DNA of 64,000 nucleotides from Microbotryum violaceum (Eukaryota), in assembly GCA_001244265.2 (NCBI GenBank), contig CDLV01000016.1, positions 992,001-1,056,000 on the forward strand, in the 5' to 3' direction. The notes below the pieces were generated by a model that saw only the letters and a program-made list of their open reading frames with translations, did not search any database and was not told the origin of the DNA. Positions 23,574 to 36,973 of this stretch are shown here, one piece after another (positions within the stretch are counted from its first letter, which is position 1; each line of letters starts with the position of its first letter). The position numbers and the translations under genes are program-made.

Positions 23574-25291
23574 CCTCGCACGCACATGACCAAGCACTGA
23601 ATCTGGCCGAAACACGCCTGACCGAATATTGGACATCAACATTAACGGTTTCCCCCCTTTTTTGTTTAGTTCTGAGTGACAGTCTCAGTGCTCTCTTTGG
23701 CTTAGATGACCATATTCATTCGAAACGATCCTCAAACAACGAAACACCGTCTACAATACATTTCAAGTGAGCAACGATAACAAGAATGATCGGCCGAGTA
23801 CTCGCGATCCTTCTGTTAGGCCACCGGCCTTACACTTCCCCTGAGACGGGGATCCCTGAATCACCCCTCGGTGTCTCATTACGAACCACGTGGATGTAGC
23901 TTCCCTCGCTTATCATGTCTCCACCGTAGAGACGATAGTTCAGAATCACCTTCCAAAACTAATCAGTTAAGCAAACAAGCCAATTCACGAAGCCCAACAT
24001 AGCGAAGCAGAGCCCAAGAGGAGCGGATTTCTCCTCACCGAAGTCCGATTAGTCCGATTAGGTTGAAGTACGGGTGAAAATACCCGGCAGGTAGAATGTG
24101 CTTGATGGCACAAGATCATGTACTGTACCAACCTACGGGATACAATATCAAATAACATAAGAACTCCAACACGTTCAGCCACAAAACACTGAAGGATAAG
24201 ACACCGAGACTGGGGTCGTGACGGCGCTAAGTAAGACTATTCAGGGGCCTGAAACATCACACCCAAACATGGCCGGGCCGTGCGGTGCCTACCCCGAGGC
24301 TTTCTTCCTGCCACATACAATATCGGAAGCGTATACAATACCCGAAGCCTCATCTCTTAGAATTTGCGAGACCCCGAGTCGACGGCATCTGCACCTGTCA
24401 CAGCTCCGTTGTATTTCTTGCCCCGTCAGCGAGCTGCGGATGGGACTCAATCGGTGTACGATCCGTACTCACAGTCTGCCGATTTCCAGAGATATCGCCA
24501 CACTTCAAGGGGTTAGAAAGGTGTTAGGATGCCTAGTGTACGTTGACCTGACATTGCACACCCGATCTCCCGCATGAAACGGCGGTTCACTTGAAGCAGC
24601 CGACCGGCTCGTGAGCTTGACTCGGATGGCCAGTGTGCGTAAAAATGCCAGTGACGACTTTCCTACGGCACCAACTTGCAATGCACGCGCAATGCACTTT
24701 GAACTCTCGTCAATGCTCGAAGGATCGTGCGCCCGATGAAGCAATGCTAATTGTAACTTATTCGTCCCTCTTGCCAGCATGCCGGCAGTGTGACTTCTGA
24801 CGCCTGGGTAACTGCTGACCCACTTATAAGTTAGATTTCTGCACTTGCTTTGAACCGGGCTGCCCAACAAGCATCGAGCTTCGAGATGGCAAATACGAGG
24901 AGTGCACGAGGAGTGCAAATATTGTCAGTCCGCCGGTGCTGACACAGAGACCGCCTCAGGTAAGTCGTTCGCTATATTCCAAGCGTGCGTGGCGTATTGC
25001 GTCTGCAGTAAGACTGACGATTAGGATTCCTACGTGCCTACAGTCAAGAACTACCCGTATGCAGGAAAGGAGTGAACTTCGCGGAATCCGTCGAGCTCGG
25101 CTTGATACCAAATCTTTGCTCGCGGAGATAGATACCACGGGACCTATCATGACATTCACCGGCCCTGAGCCCGGTGGTGTGGAGCTCCGAATCGATTATC
25201 GGTCTTGCTCGTGCGCGACACGTCTCCGCGCGCCGACTTGGTCTGCTTTATCTGGCTCTCACCCTATCCCGCCACTGTCAAACGGCCTGTC

Positions 25292-27381
25292 ATGGAGCCG
25301 GACTATGCAAACACGAGTCCAGCTTCTCGAGGAGCCACGTCGTTGCAGGTGGCCCAGGAGGATCGCCGCGATCTGTTCATCAAGGAAGCGTCGTGTGAGT
25401 CAAGCACTGTCCCATTTGGCAGCGCGCCCCCACCACGTACCGGCCGGCTAATTCACTTGCCGTACTGTCATGATTAGGTCATGCGACGATGGTGTGCGCC
25501 GGATGGTCGGATTCGAGCTCGGGTCCTTTGATCCCCTATATCCAGGTCTGTCTGTCGAGGTCGTGTGTCGAGGTCGAGGGTAGTGCGGGGTTGAACTCAG
25601 AGCCGCTGATTGTTCGCTCCTCCGCCGTCCCACGTCATCGCTCTTGGCACGTCAGGCCTACTTTGGCGTCAGCTACACCGTTGGTGAGTGCTCGGGAGTA
25701 TCCACGTACGCATACTCTTAATAATTCGCTGATTCAATGCCCTTCTTTCAGTGTCAATGCTTTTTGTAGGCCTTCGACGCCATATTTTTTTTCGGGCGAA
25801 ATCCTGCGCTGATCTAGCCGGATCGCTCTCCTAGATCGGACAAATGGTTGGTTTCTTGACCGCCGGATTCTCCAACTCGTATTGGACCGAGAAATATGGA
25901 CTTGGTAAAGTCATCGCCGTTGGATCCATTATCCAACTCTTCGGCTTCATCTTCCTTATCCCCGCCTTCGCTTTTCCCGTCATGCCCGTGTGCTACATTT
26001 TGCTCGGCTTCGGAATGGCTTTGCAGGACGCCCAGGCAAATACTTATATCGCAACCTTGCCAAACGTCGAGTTCAAAATGGGGTTGTTGCATGCGAGTTA
26101 TGGCTTTGGAGCGCTTATTTGCCCGTTAGCAGCTACGGCGTTCGCTTCATCGGGGATCCGGTTCTCGTATTTCTACTCCGTCTCGATCGGCGTCGCCTCG
26201 CTTAATGCGGCCATTCTATTGTATGCGTTCAAATTCTCGTATAGGATACCTAAAGTGCTGCCCGCACCGATGACGACGCCGCCGAATGAGCGGGAAGCTG
26301 AGAATGGCGCGATCGAGCTTGAGTCAATATCGAGGAACGGACCGCCTGCGGCTGATAGGAACGATCTGACCGATTCGAAGGAACGGGGCGAAGACGGAAT
26401 GAGGACACCGTCATCGACGAATGGTCAACAGAGCTTTCAATACCCTCCTGGACCGAGCTTGGAAGGCGGAGTACTACCTCCGGGGAAGGACAAGGGAATC
26501 TTGAGGCAGACGCTCGAGAATCGGACGGTGTGGATCTGCTGCTTGTTCATTCTTGTCTATGTTGGCGCGGAGGTATCGATGGGAGGTTGGATCGTGACGT
26601 TCTTGATCGACAATCGGAATGGTGGTCCTTCGTAAATCTTCGTGGGGCTCTCTCCGTTCTCTCTCTCTCTCTCTCCACTGCTGCAAGCTGACCCTTGATC
26701 TGGTATCAAATCCGACTTTAGAGCGGGCTACGTCGCTACGGGATTCTGGGGCGGGCTCACCCTCGGCCGAGCGGTAACGTCTCCTTTCAACATCTGGTTC
26801 GGCGAAAAACGAGTCATCTGGTTATACCTTTTCATCGCGACGGGCCTCGAGTTTGCGATCTGGTTCTCACGTGACTTTATTGGTAACGCCGTCACCGTAG
26901 CCCTCGTCGGGTTCTTGCTTGGGCCGATCTATCCGGTGCGTTGATGACTATTAAGCTAGGAATCGTTCCCCCCCCCCCTCCCATCCCCAACTATATCGCG
27001 CATTCAGGGGGGTAGAAGATGCTAATTGCGACTCGATGACCTCGCAGATCACGATGAGCATCTGCACCAAAGTACTGCCGAGAAGTTTGCACGCCTCGGG
27101 GATCGGCTTCATCGCCGCTGCCGGACAAGCAGGTGAGTTATTCACTAGTACGCGGCGTGATATCGAAACCATTCTCATCCCATGAACACACACCCCAACA
27201 CTGATAATCGTGTCTTCTCGTTTCGTATTGTTCCTCAGGTTCAGCCATTTTCCCTTTCCTCACAGGTGCTCTAGCGCAAAAATTCTCACCCTCCGTATTA
27301 CAACCCGTCTTGATCATCTTGTTCGTCGTGCAAGCCGTGATTTGGGTCTTTTGCCCATCACCCGATCGGAAGAAGGAATGA
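25292..27381 (+). CDS. MFS transporter (Bsc6/fucose-permease-like), many exons
   Basis: AGWSDSSSGPLIPYIQ, GFGMALQDAQAN, LHASYGFGA, YVGAEVSMGGWIVTFL, GFWGGLTLGR, GQAGSAIFPF. Includes a 14-nt microexon at 25752-25765. Confidence 0.88.
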
Positions 27382-28046
27382 TTTAGTGAAGGATATGACG
27401 TCGTCGATGAAAAGGTTTGAACTTGAACTTGTAGCATCAAAGAGTTCCGTTTATGTGTTGTTATGCAATACCGAGGTTCATATTGTACTATCAGGTCCGC
27501 GCAGAAGAAGTGGTTGACGGGGAGCAGGAGCAAGAATCGAGCGCAAAAAAAAAAAAAGGAGGCATCGAGATCCCCTGACGCCCGAGCGGGACGCTTCGAA
27601 CGCTCTGAGCCTCCTTTGTCTTGTCCAAAACGCGCACACGATGGTGTAAACAAAAAGTGCGATCCCGTAAAAGATCATCCGGGACGCTTTAAGATAATTG
27701 CGAATCGAGCTACCTACCTCGGTGCCAACGAGTGATCAATCGCATGTATTTATCATCGGATTGGGAGCAATCCGCCAAAATGGTCGAAGATTTAGAGAGA
27801 ATTTACATCGCGCGCAGGCGATTTCATATGTTCAACAGAGGGGAAGATTGTATATTGATTTCAAAAGAGACCGGAGTGTAGTCTAGAGAAAAAAAAGGGT
27901 GAACAGATGTGCGATGTGGAGAGGTGTAGGTGTAGATGACAAGAACGTATGCGTCGGTGTAAGAGCACAAGGGGGAGAGAGGCAGGGAGAGACAAACGGC
28001 TTAGGAAAGGACCGCTCTTGGTGGCGTAAAGTCTAAGTGGGGATGT

Positions 28047-31007
28047 TTAGTCAAGCTCATCGACGTTCATCCCAGCTTGACCCTCGGCCTTGTTCTCCGT
28101 CGGAACTTCCGGCGCGGTCGTGTCCTCCGCCTCCATGTTGACGTCCGGTGTCTGCTCAGTCGTCGTCGGCTTCTCCTCGGCCTTGGGCGTTTCCGTCTTG
28201 GACGCTCGGGGCTTGGGTTTGGTCATGATAGGCAAACAAATGTTCTGCACCTCCTCACCCTTCTTGCGAATTTCGGCCGAAGTGATAACGGGCTTGACGT
28301 CGAGTGGCTTCTCCTGTTGCGAGTAGAGCTTGTTACCCAACCAGGCTTCGGCGTTCGCGCACGTCTCGACGACCGTATTGAGGTCTTTTTCGGGGATGTG
28401 CGAATACTTCTCGTCACCGGATTGAGCCTTCTCCAAGAAACCGGTGATGATCTCTCGCAGGGCGGCGGCCGCACGGGGTCTCTCCTCGTGTTCACGGTAT
28501 CGAAGGGCGATGGGTTCACCAAGAGCTTTGAGGCCTTCCAAACGAGCGACGTAAGCCGATTTAGTCGCGTCCTCACCCTCATCAGTGTAAAGCCAATCCT
28601 CAGCCTCGGAAGCGAGCTTGCGTAAACCATCCTTCTCAACCTCGGACGAGTACTTCTTCCATGCGCCTTCGAGCTTGTCACGCACGTCGTAAACGTACTC
28701 CTCCAAAGCGTTCTTACGGTCCTCGGTCTCGAGTACGAGCTTGTCCGAAGAGTGCATCTGTCCTTCCTTCTCCTTGAAATCGTTAACGAGCGAAGCGTCG
28801 AGCGAGCTGGCGCTCGAGATGGCGGGAAGAGTCGTCTTGATTGACTTGCGCGCCTTTTTCACGGGGGTAGGAGCGGCAGGGGTAGCGGCCTCGCCATCGG
28901 CGGCGGAGGGGGTATCAGTTTGCATCGCCTCAGGTTCTGGAACGTCCTCCTCGGGTCCCTCCTCGACAAGCGTCGCAGAATCAAAAGTCAAGATACCGGA
29001 TAGGTTCAACTTGGCCTTGATCTTGACGAGAGCACGACCACCGTCCTTGGGCGCAGAAAGGTTCTTGACGGTGAATTTACCGATCCAAGGGTTCGACTTG
29101 CCTGGCAAATCTTCGGGTTTGGCGTACCGTGCTTCGAGGTCGAAAGGTTGGTTGCGCGAGAAGGAAAGTACTTTGGTCGAAGGGATGACGTTGCCCTTGT
29201 CGAAAGCGACGAGCTCGGTCCCTTCGGAAGGATCGTCGCCCGGTGCAGCTTCCCAAACGAACTTGATAGGGTACAGCTGCGTGTCGGTCGTCGAAAAGTC
29301 GCGGACCTTGAAGACGGGGGAAAGCATGGCGCAGGCCAAGGTAGCACCACGGGCGATGGCCTCCTCCTGGTTGCAGGTGAAGGAAAGGGGTCGGCCAAAG
29401 AACTCTTGGATGCGCGATTTGAGGGCGGGCACGCGGGTCGAGCCACCGACAAGTTCGACGGTTTCAATCTGCTCCTTGGTGATACCGGCATCGGCGAGGG
29501 CTCGCTCAAGGGGACCGATGGTGCGTTCGAGAAGGGGGGCAACGAGGGCCTCGAGCTCCTCTCGCTTGAGCGTCGACGACGCATCAACGTCGTCCATGAT
29601 GGATTCGACCGAAAGAGGGGCGATGGGGTTGGCGGAAAGGATCTTCTTAAGCTTCTCGACGGCGGCGGCAAGGCGGAACAAAGCCTTGGGGTTTGACTTG
29701 ACGTCGATCTTGTACTTGGTCTTGAATTCGGCGGCAAAGTGCTCGACTAGGGCGTAATCGAGGTCTCGGCCACCAAAGTGACGGTCGAAGGCGGTACCCT
29801 TGACGACGAGCTGGCCCTTGTTGAAGGCGACGATCGAGACCGAGTAGTCCGAGTGTCCAATGTCGACAAAAGCGACGTATTTGGGCGGTTCGGGTGCGAG
29901 GGGGAGGTCAGTCTTGGTGATACCGTAGCCGAGCGCGGTTGCGGTGGTGTCGTTGATGAGACGGAGGGGGTTGAGGCCGGCGATGTCGGCGGCATCAATG
30001 ACGGCTCGTCGCTGGGCGTCGGTGTACCAGACGGGGACGGCGATGACGACGTCGTTGACAGCCGACTTGAGTTCGTTGGCGGCCGTGTCGCGGAGCTTGC
30101 CAAGGAACATGGCGTAGAGTTGCGTCGCGGAAAAGACGGTCTTTTCGCCCAAGTAGTTGACCTGTGGGAAAATATGATGGTTAGAGTTCCACAGCTTCTA
30201 GAGAGATGTAACATCTCCGGCTCTGACTGACCTCGACACCGACGGTGTTGCCAGCTTTGACCAACTCGGCGCTCAGGAATTTCTTTTCAATCTCCATATC
30301 CGGGTCACTGGTGGCGATGGTCACTCGTAAGCACACACGTTCAAAGGTGGACCATACATTGCCGAACGACTCACTCGATTGTCCTGCCAATGAGCCGCTT
30401 GAGGGAGCCGACGGTGTTGCGAAAGTTGGACGTCTCTTGCGTCTTGGCCGATTCGCCAATGATTCGTGATCTCGGGCCGAATGCGACGAGCGAACTGATG
30501 AGGCAGAATACGAAAGCAGAGGAAGAGGAAGCGGGAGTCGTGGTCAGCGAGGATATGCGATGCGATGAATGCGCAGGGCCAAGAAGGGAGGGAGAGCTTT
30601 ACGCGCGCCGTAGTGGTCGGCTGAGCGGCACCGGGCTGCAGGCTCAGTGCCGAGGGAATGCCACGGAAACCGGGCCCGACTGTGCCTTCCAGCGCGCTCA
30701 GGACCGCACCGAAACGCACACGCAGACTCACGGCGTCGCTCGGTTCGAGACTTCGTTGATGAGGATGTCGATTCCACGGTTACGCGCAGCTCCGATCTGT
30801 GTGGCTTTGAATGCGTCAGTTTCAATCTGCACGGGACGGGCGAGTGGAGGAGGGAGCACGGAGAGGCAACTGCCACGGTCGCACGCACCTTGGAGCCGGC
30901 TTGGCCGATATCTATCACAGCAACAAACAACCTCGCCCATCAGCAAAGGGAGCGTCAGGTCGTAGATCCACAAGGATATGCTCACCTAATCCGATTACAC
31001 TAGTCAT
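28047..31007 (-). CDS. SSE1: Hsp110/Sse1 (Hsp70-superfamily nucleotide exchange factor)
   Basis: [73 protein letters not shown]. Confidence 0.95.
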
Positions 31008-31530
31008 GATGTGATGAGGCGCGTGGTTTGGTGGGTGCTGAGCAGTGGTGGGTCAGAGGCTGAGAGCTGCGAAAGCCCACCCGAAGCGCGGGCGTGTGCG
31101 GCTCAGCGCCTGCGGACGTCACTCGCACGGACCATCCCCGCCACGTCATTGAACTTGTGTGCGCCTTTCAACAGGTTCATGTAGTTCAAGCAGAGCCAGG
31201 TTGGGCAGACACGATGCAGTAAACAGCCTAGTACATTGTTCCGTTCCTGACAACCATCAGCATCGGGGTACATGGAATTTGGAAGCTTTAGAACGCCATA
31301 GAAGCCAATCGAAGCCAATGGATCCTCATGCCTGGCCCTCGCCCGAATGCATTCGTCATACGATGCTGCGCAGCGAGCTCAGGATCTCGCACCGAGTCGC
31401 CGATATTAAAAAACTAGCTTTGTCGGGCTTTCCCAAGAACAGCCATTATAAAGATATCTGGTATTCTGGTGTTACAAAAATTTAAAAGACACCTTCGGTT
31501 ATTCCAAAAAAACTTCCGAGCGGTTTCAAA

Positions 31531-33784
31531 TTAGAACGCCACTCCGGCACCAGCCGCTTTCCGAGGATCCGACGCCGCTTCGATCGTCCCGTTCTGGGTC
31601 CTCAACACGACATGCGCCGTACTGCCCGTCACCCCCGTCCAAGTCACATTGTGCCCTAGCGCAGCCAAATAACCCACCGTATCATTATTGTACCCGACGA
31701 TTCCCTTGTCAAGTTCTTTCCATTCGAAGAACGTTTGACCGGAGAGTTGATCGTGCCAGCGTGGGTGAGCGACCGCTTCATAAGCGTTCAATTGTTGATC
31801 GAGGTGATGGTAGAGGTGTTGTAACGTCGCGGTGATGATGCGTGATCCACCTGCACTTCCAGTCGCGATGAGGATTTCACCCGTGTGCAAGTCCTCAGCG
31901 ATCGAGGAAGCGATCGAGGATTGCGGCCGTTTGCCGGGACGAATGTAGTTGATGGGAGAAGAGGCGAATCCAAACGCGTTCGTTTGGCCGGGCGAGGAGA
32001 AATCGTCCATCTCGTTGTTGCAGATGATGCCGTCTATCATGGGCAACAAGAAGAATCCCCGAGTCAGACACATCAAAATTGAGAAAATGTCAGCCGTTCA
32101 AGTTTGCGCGAAAACTCACCAGGGGTCATGACCCTACTGCCCCAGTACGTGTTGATCGTTGTTGTCAACGACACACTCATCCCAGACCCATCGATGACCG
32201 CTAAATGCGACGTTCCCGACTCCGCCGTCGCAGTGTACTTGCTGGGATCATAGTATCCCACACCAAACGTCTTGGTATCGTTGATCTTGCTACGAATTCC
32301 TTTGACGACGTCTTCTCGGAGGTAGTAGTTTTCCAAGTAAGTGACGTTAGGAACGAAAGCTGGATCACCGTACTGTGTTCGTTGGCCGTAAGCGAATTGC
32401 GTCGCTTCGAGAAGTCGATGCGTCGTGACGTTGATTTCTGATTGAGAATCGTTGTAATTGGCCTGGTAACCTTCCAAAATTTTAAGGGCGGACAGAACGA
32501 CCGCACCACTCGACGGAGCAACGGTCGAAAAGATTCGTGCGCCTCGGTAGGTGATGCTGACCGGCGTGCGAATGATAGCCTTGTACTTGCTCATGTCGTG
32601 CATCGTCATGATGCCGCCGGTATCTCGGATGGTCTGGACGGTGCGCTTTGCGATTTTGCCGTGGTAAAAGCGATGGGCGCCGTGTCGAGCGACTTGCTCG
32701 AGCGTGTTGGCATAGGTCTTGCGGTAGACGGTATCGCCTTCGACGAGGAGCGTGCCTTTGGGAGCGTACACTTCAGCCCAGCGGGTATCTGAACACCACG
32801 AGGTCGGATGGGTCAGATGAGATCATACTAGGACACCCAGGGATCCGCTGAAACTCGCCGTTCAGAATGAAGCTTTTGCCTTCTTGAATCGCGTCGGCTA
32901 AATCGATGTTGACTTTGAACCCATGTCGAGCGAGCTTGATAGCGGGTTTAAAAAGTTCTTTCTAATCGAGCGAACATGCACAATTTTGTCAGCGCGCATT
33001 ATCCGATGCCAGGAAAGCGTTCTATCGCTTAGATACTTACCCAAGGCAGATGCCCGTGCCTCTTGTGCAACATTTCCCACCCGCGCAACTCGCCCGGAAC
33101 ACCCACGGCTAAGCCGCCAATGGTCGAGAGCGTCTTGTTCTGAGTCGCGTCGGCGGCGTACATCGTCTCGTTTCCTCCGGCGGGCATCGTCTCTCGGAAA
33201 TCAATGTTTTCATAAGCGAATTTACCGGAGGGATCCTTGTATCGAACGAGCATGAAGCCTGTGGAGCCGTGGGCGACAGTCAGTCGAAAGCCTTGGAATG
33301 CTCGGCGACTCCGATTGTGACTTACCACCTCCGCCGAAACCACTGTGATAAGCGGCTATAGTACCGACGCATAATCCAGCGGCAATGATCTGTTCGTTCA
33401 AGACACCGAATTCAGAAGAACCAGTATATGGATCGTCCAGATGAATTCAGGAGCTTCTCCTTCCGAGACACCGCAGAAATGATCACGCCATTGCGCTCGG
33501 ACCCTCCCCATCTCCGCCCGCGCTCCCAACAGCCCCTAACTCCCTCAACTCACAGCATCAGCAGCATTGCCACCTTTCTTGAGGATATCAACGCCAATCT
33601 CCGAACAAGGTGCCGCTTCGGTAGCTACGCCACCATGTTTGCTTCCGCCGAGTTTGCGCGAAACGAGGTCGCCTGATCGACGGAGGTGGGATGTGGGGCC
33701 ATCGTCCGCGAGGATGGGCCTGGCGTGCAGGTGCGGTGCGGACGAGACTGTTAAAAGGAGCGAAAGGAGGAGCGGGAGCTTCAT
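31531..33784 (-). CDS. GGT: Gamma-glutamyl transpeptidase with an N-terminal hydrophobic signal
   Basis: GGNAADA, IDFRETMP, GVPGELRG, the autocleavage motif SGTSHL, TTTIN, NNEMDDFS, PGKRPQSS, GSAGGSRI, SDPRK. Confidence 0.93.
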
Positions 33785-34415
33785 CGTTGCGGGACACGGG
33801 CGGTGGGGGTATAAGGAATGAGATGCCCGAGGGGCAAGTGGTGGGAAAGTAGGGAGCGGAGGGGGAAAAGCGTGGGGAGGAAAGGGACGAAACGGGACGG
33901 AACGGGAAAGATTGCGATTTGCGAGGATTCTCGCGAAATACCAATCGGTTGGTGAGTTATCGGCGTGCAAGGACCCTGCCCTCAATTTTCAGGTTCCAAA
34001 AGGGGGTACTCCTCTCGATCGAAAAGCGCCGGTTAAAATAGGAGGTGGGTGGGCTGGGCGCGGACTTTGTCACAGTCGATCGTTCTGCGCGGCCGCGAGG
34101 TGCATGTACTCAGCTCCAATTGGCAGGCCGGCCCGAGTCGCCGAGATAGGGAATGGTCGCAGCTCACGGCGTCTCTTTTGAAGCAGCTGCCACTACGCCC
34201 CCTTCATCGTCCCATCTTTATCACCTGCAGGAATCGCCAGCATGCAGTGGCTGTTTTTCGCACTCGAGTCTCGTGAGTCGACTCAGCTGCGAGGCCAGCT
34301 TCCGATTCGCCCCCAACCATCAGCATCAGCGGCTAGCGGCGCCCGACGCGGCGACGATATTAGCGGCGATCCAAAGATAGAGCTGATACTTGTGACCGAC
34401 ACGCGGGGGGTGGCC

Positions 34416-34491
34416 TGACTCAGTAATTGATACAGGCACCCTCTGAGTTATGATAAGGATACGCGTAGGCTCGTGGCGGACGTCTGACTCA
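34416..34491. promoter_or_regulatory. Two AP-1/Gcn4-type TGACTCA sites around a GATAAG, upstream of GGT
   Basis: TGACTCA at 34416-34422 and 34485-34491. GATAAG at 34452-34457. Confidence 0.3.
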
Positions 34492-34705
34492 GCCTCTGCA
34501 GTGATCGAACTTGACCAGCAACTTGAACCCCGATGCTGATATGCTTCAATCGCACGATACTACGGCCACAAAATACGATAATATCATAGTTTAGCCCTCC
34601 ATATTACAAGACATTATAAATTAAGCAAGAGCCTTGCACCTAAAGACCATCGACACCCAATCGTGCATTCGGGAAACCAAGAAATTACGTGAAGCCGATA
34701 ACGAT

Positions 34706-36973
34706 CTACTGCTTGGTGTGCTTCTCCTCGTCGACGAGCGCATCAATCGACTCTGAGGTACCCATTGCACCTTCCCATCCGTTCGCGCGGAGGTAAGCAG
34801 CGAACTTGTCGTCCTCCTCGAAGAGATCGCCTTCTAAGCTGCAGAAGCGATAGAAGGACCAGATAGATCAGCATTCTGCTAACAGAAGCCGAGGGACATC
34901 TTGAGGTCCCACTTACTCGTTTCGGACAAAGAAGAACGCGACCAAGATACCCAACAACCCGGCGCAAGCGGCGATGATGAACGTGTACTTCGGCCCGAGG
35001 TGGTTGCGGATAGGGGTGAAAGTCTGCGTCCCGATCACGGCGCCGGTCTTGCCGATCGCGGCGGAGAAACCGTACAACGTTCCTCGGACAGACGTGGCGT
35101 ACGATTCGGAGGAGACGAGACCAAGGGTGTTTCCGGGACCCAAGCTGGGGAGGAAGGGAAGGAAAAAATGGCGGTCAGCGCTTGGTCGTGAGTGATGGAA
35201 CGCCGACTGGAAGCACTCACTTTCCGAAGGATTGCATGATGCCGTAGAGTATAATGAAGCCGGGTACTCGGTGGATGAGCTTGTCGTACGCCAAACCGAC
35301 CGAGAGACCGACGATGAGATAACTGCGAGAGATGGCCAAGCTACCGTTAGATGCAGCCCATGCTCTTGTGCCTTTCTGCGCGAAAAAGAAAAAAAGGATT
35401 CGCTCACCCTGAGAATCCGAGCATCATCAAGTTGCGTCGGCCGAGACGGTTGACGATGAAGGCACCAATGACGACACCGGGAAGGGCGATGACACCGAGG
35501 AGAAGTTGGTACTCGGCCGTCTTGCGCAGGAGCTCATGGCCCTTGACGTGCACGATGGAAGCGATGATCGTTCCGGAGAAGACACCTGAGCGGATCGGAA
35601 TTGAGCGTCAGAACACGTCCACGTCATCACGCGTCCAGGGGAATCCCAGCAGCACTCGCCGTTGGGGAAGGTGACGAAGTCGTAGAGGAACCACGCGCCG
35701 GCGGTACCGATGATGGTTCGCCAATAGAATTTGATCATCAGAAGGTAAGGGACGCGGTGCTGGATCGCACCCTTGCGGTAGAGGCGGGAGTTGATCATGC
35801 GAAGACGGAAGATGAAAACGGCAAGGGCTGAAGAAACCGATGGATGCGTCAATTTAACTCGGTCGTCGTAGAGAACGGATTTTCGCTTCAAGAAGCTCAC
35901 GAGGAATGACCGAGATGCCGAAAACGGTCCTCCAAACCGTTGACAAGTTGGCATGCAATCCGCCGGCAGCCTGAAAGACGATCAGGTACAAGATGCAGGC
36001 GAAGGGGGTACCGAAGGAGAGCATGAAGTTGGTGACCATGATGAAGAGGGGGCCACGAGACTTGACGCTGCGCTCGTCGGCGGCTTCGGCGGCCGAGGCC
36101 GAGGAGGAGGGGTACTACGTGGAGTAGAAAGGGAAGGTCACAAGCGTTAGATTCCTAGAACGAGTGTAAGTCTTCAAAGACCTCACGATGCTCACCTCTC
36201 CACCAACACCGAAGCCGGTCAGTCCGCGAGCAATGCAGAACATCCAGAAGAAGCCGTCCAATGACCCGTGTGCTCCGTGCGCTGCCGCAGCGAGAATGAC
36301 ACCGACGACGATAGAGAGGGTTGACGCGACTATTCCGTATTTACGACCTGCTCGGTCGCAAAGGATACCGATGATGATTTGGCCACTGAGGGGGGCAGAA
36401 GCGACAGAGTAGAGAGTGAGCTTCCGGTTCACCGAAGGAAAGTAAAAATCGAGGAATCTTGAATGCGAATTGTGACGAACAAGATTGTGCCGACAGTGAG
36501 AGCGTTGGACAATCGAGTACTGATGGTCGAGGTGTACCGAGGACCGTAGATTTGTCCAAAGACGACGTTCGTCACTATGCGATGGAATGAGGCCAAGTGC
36601 GGTGTTCGTCAGTGCTAACTAGGACCGGAAAGGTACCGGCTACTATTCCTAGCGACGCGCCGAGGTGTGGGGTGGTCTGACTCACGTGACATGATGCTGC
36701 GAGGGCAGGCGGAGCGGAGAAAGATCGTGGAAGGGATGAGCACTCAACCAACAGACAAAAGGAGGGTTTTCAGACCTGCTTGTTCTGCAATCCATCGGAG
36801 ATCAACGCGAACCCAGCACACGCGACGGTGAAGAGGGAGCTCGTCTTCTCGACACTTGTCAGAGGCCCCGCGATGCCGCCGTGGTGCTCGACCTCGAGGG
36901 GGGCAGCGACGGCCCCTTTGTGATCGTCGCCTTCGTGCGACGAGACGGAGTCCTTCATCGCTAGGTCAGACAT
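34706..36973 (-). CDS. GIT1: Glycerophosphodiester/phosphate MFS transporter (Git1/Pho84 family)
   Basis: CAGFALISDGLQNN, CDRAGRK, RGLTGFGVGGEYP, WFLYDFVTFPNG, GPGNTLGLVSSESYATSVRGTLYG, EDDKFAAYLRANGW. Confidence 0.87.

Noticed and set aside
23600..25200. Lower-GC stretch with short ORFs, possibly a decayed TE or gene
   Set aside because: No recognisable protein motif or termini, so no call can be supported.
28077..30230. Long antisense and alternative-frame ORFs overlapping SSE1 (e.g. 28741-29757, 338 aa)
   Set aside because: Expected shadow of strongly biased, GC3-rich codons in an Hsp70-family gene. No independent motifs.
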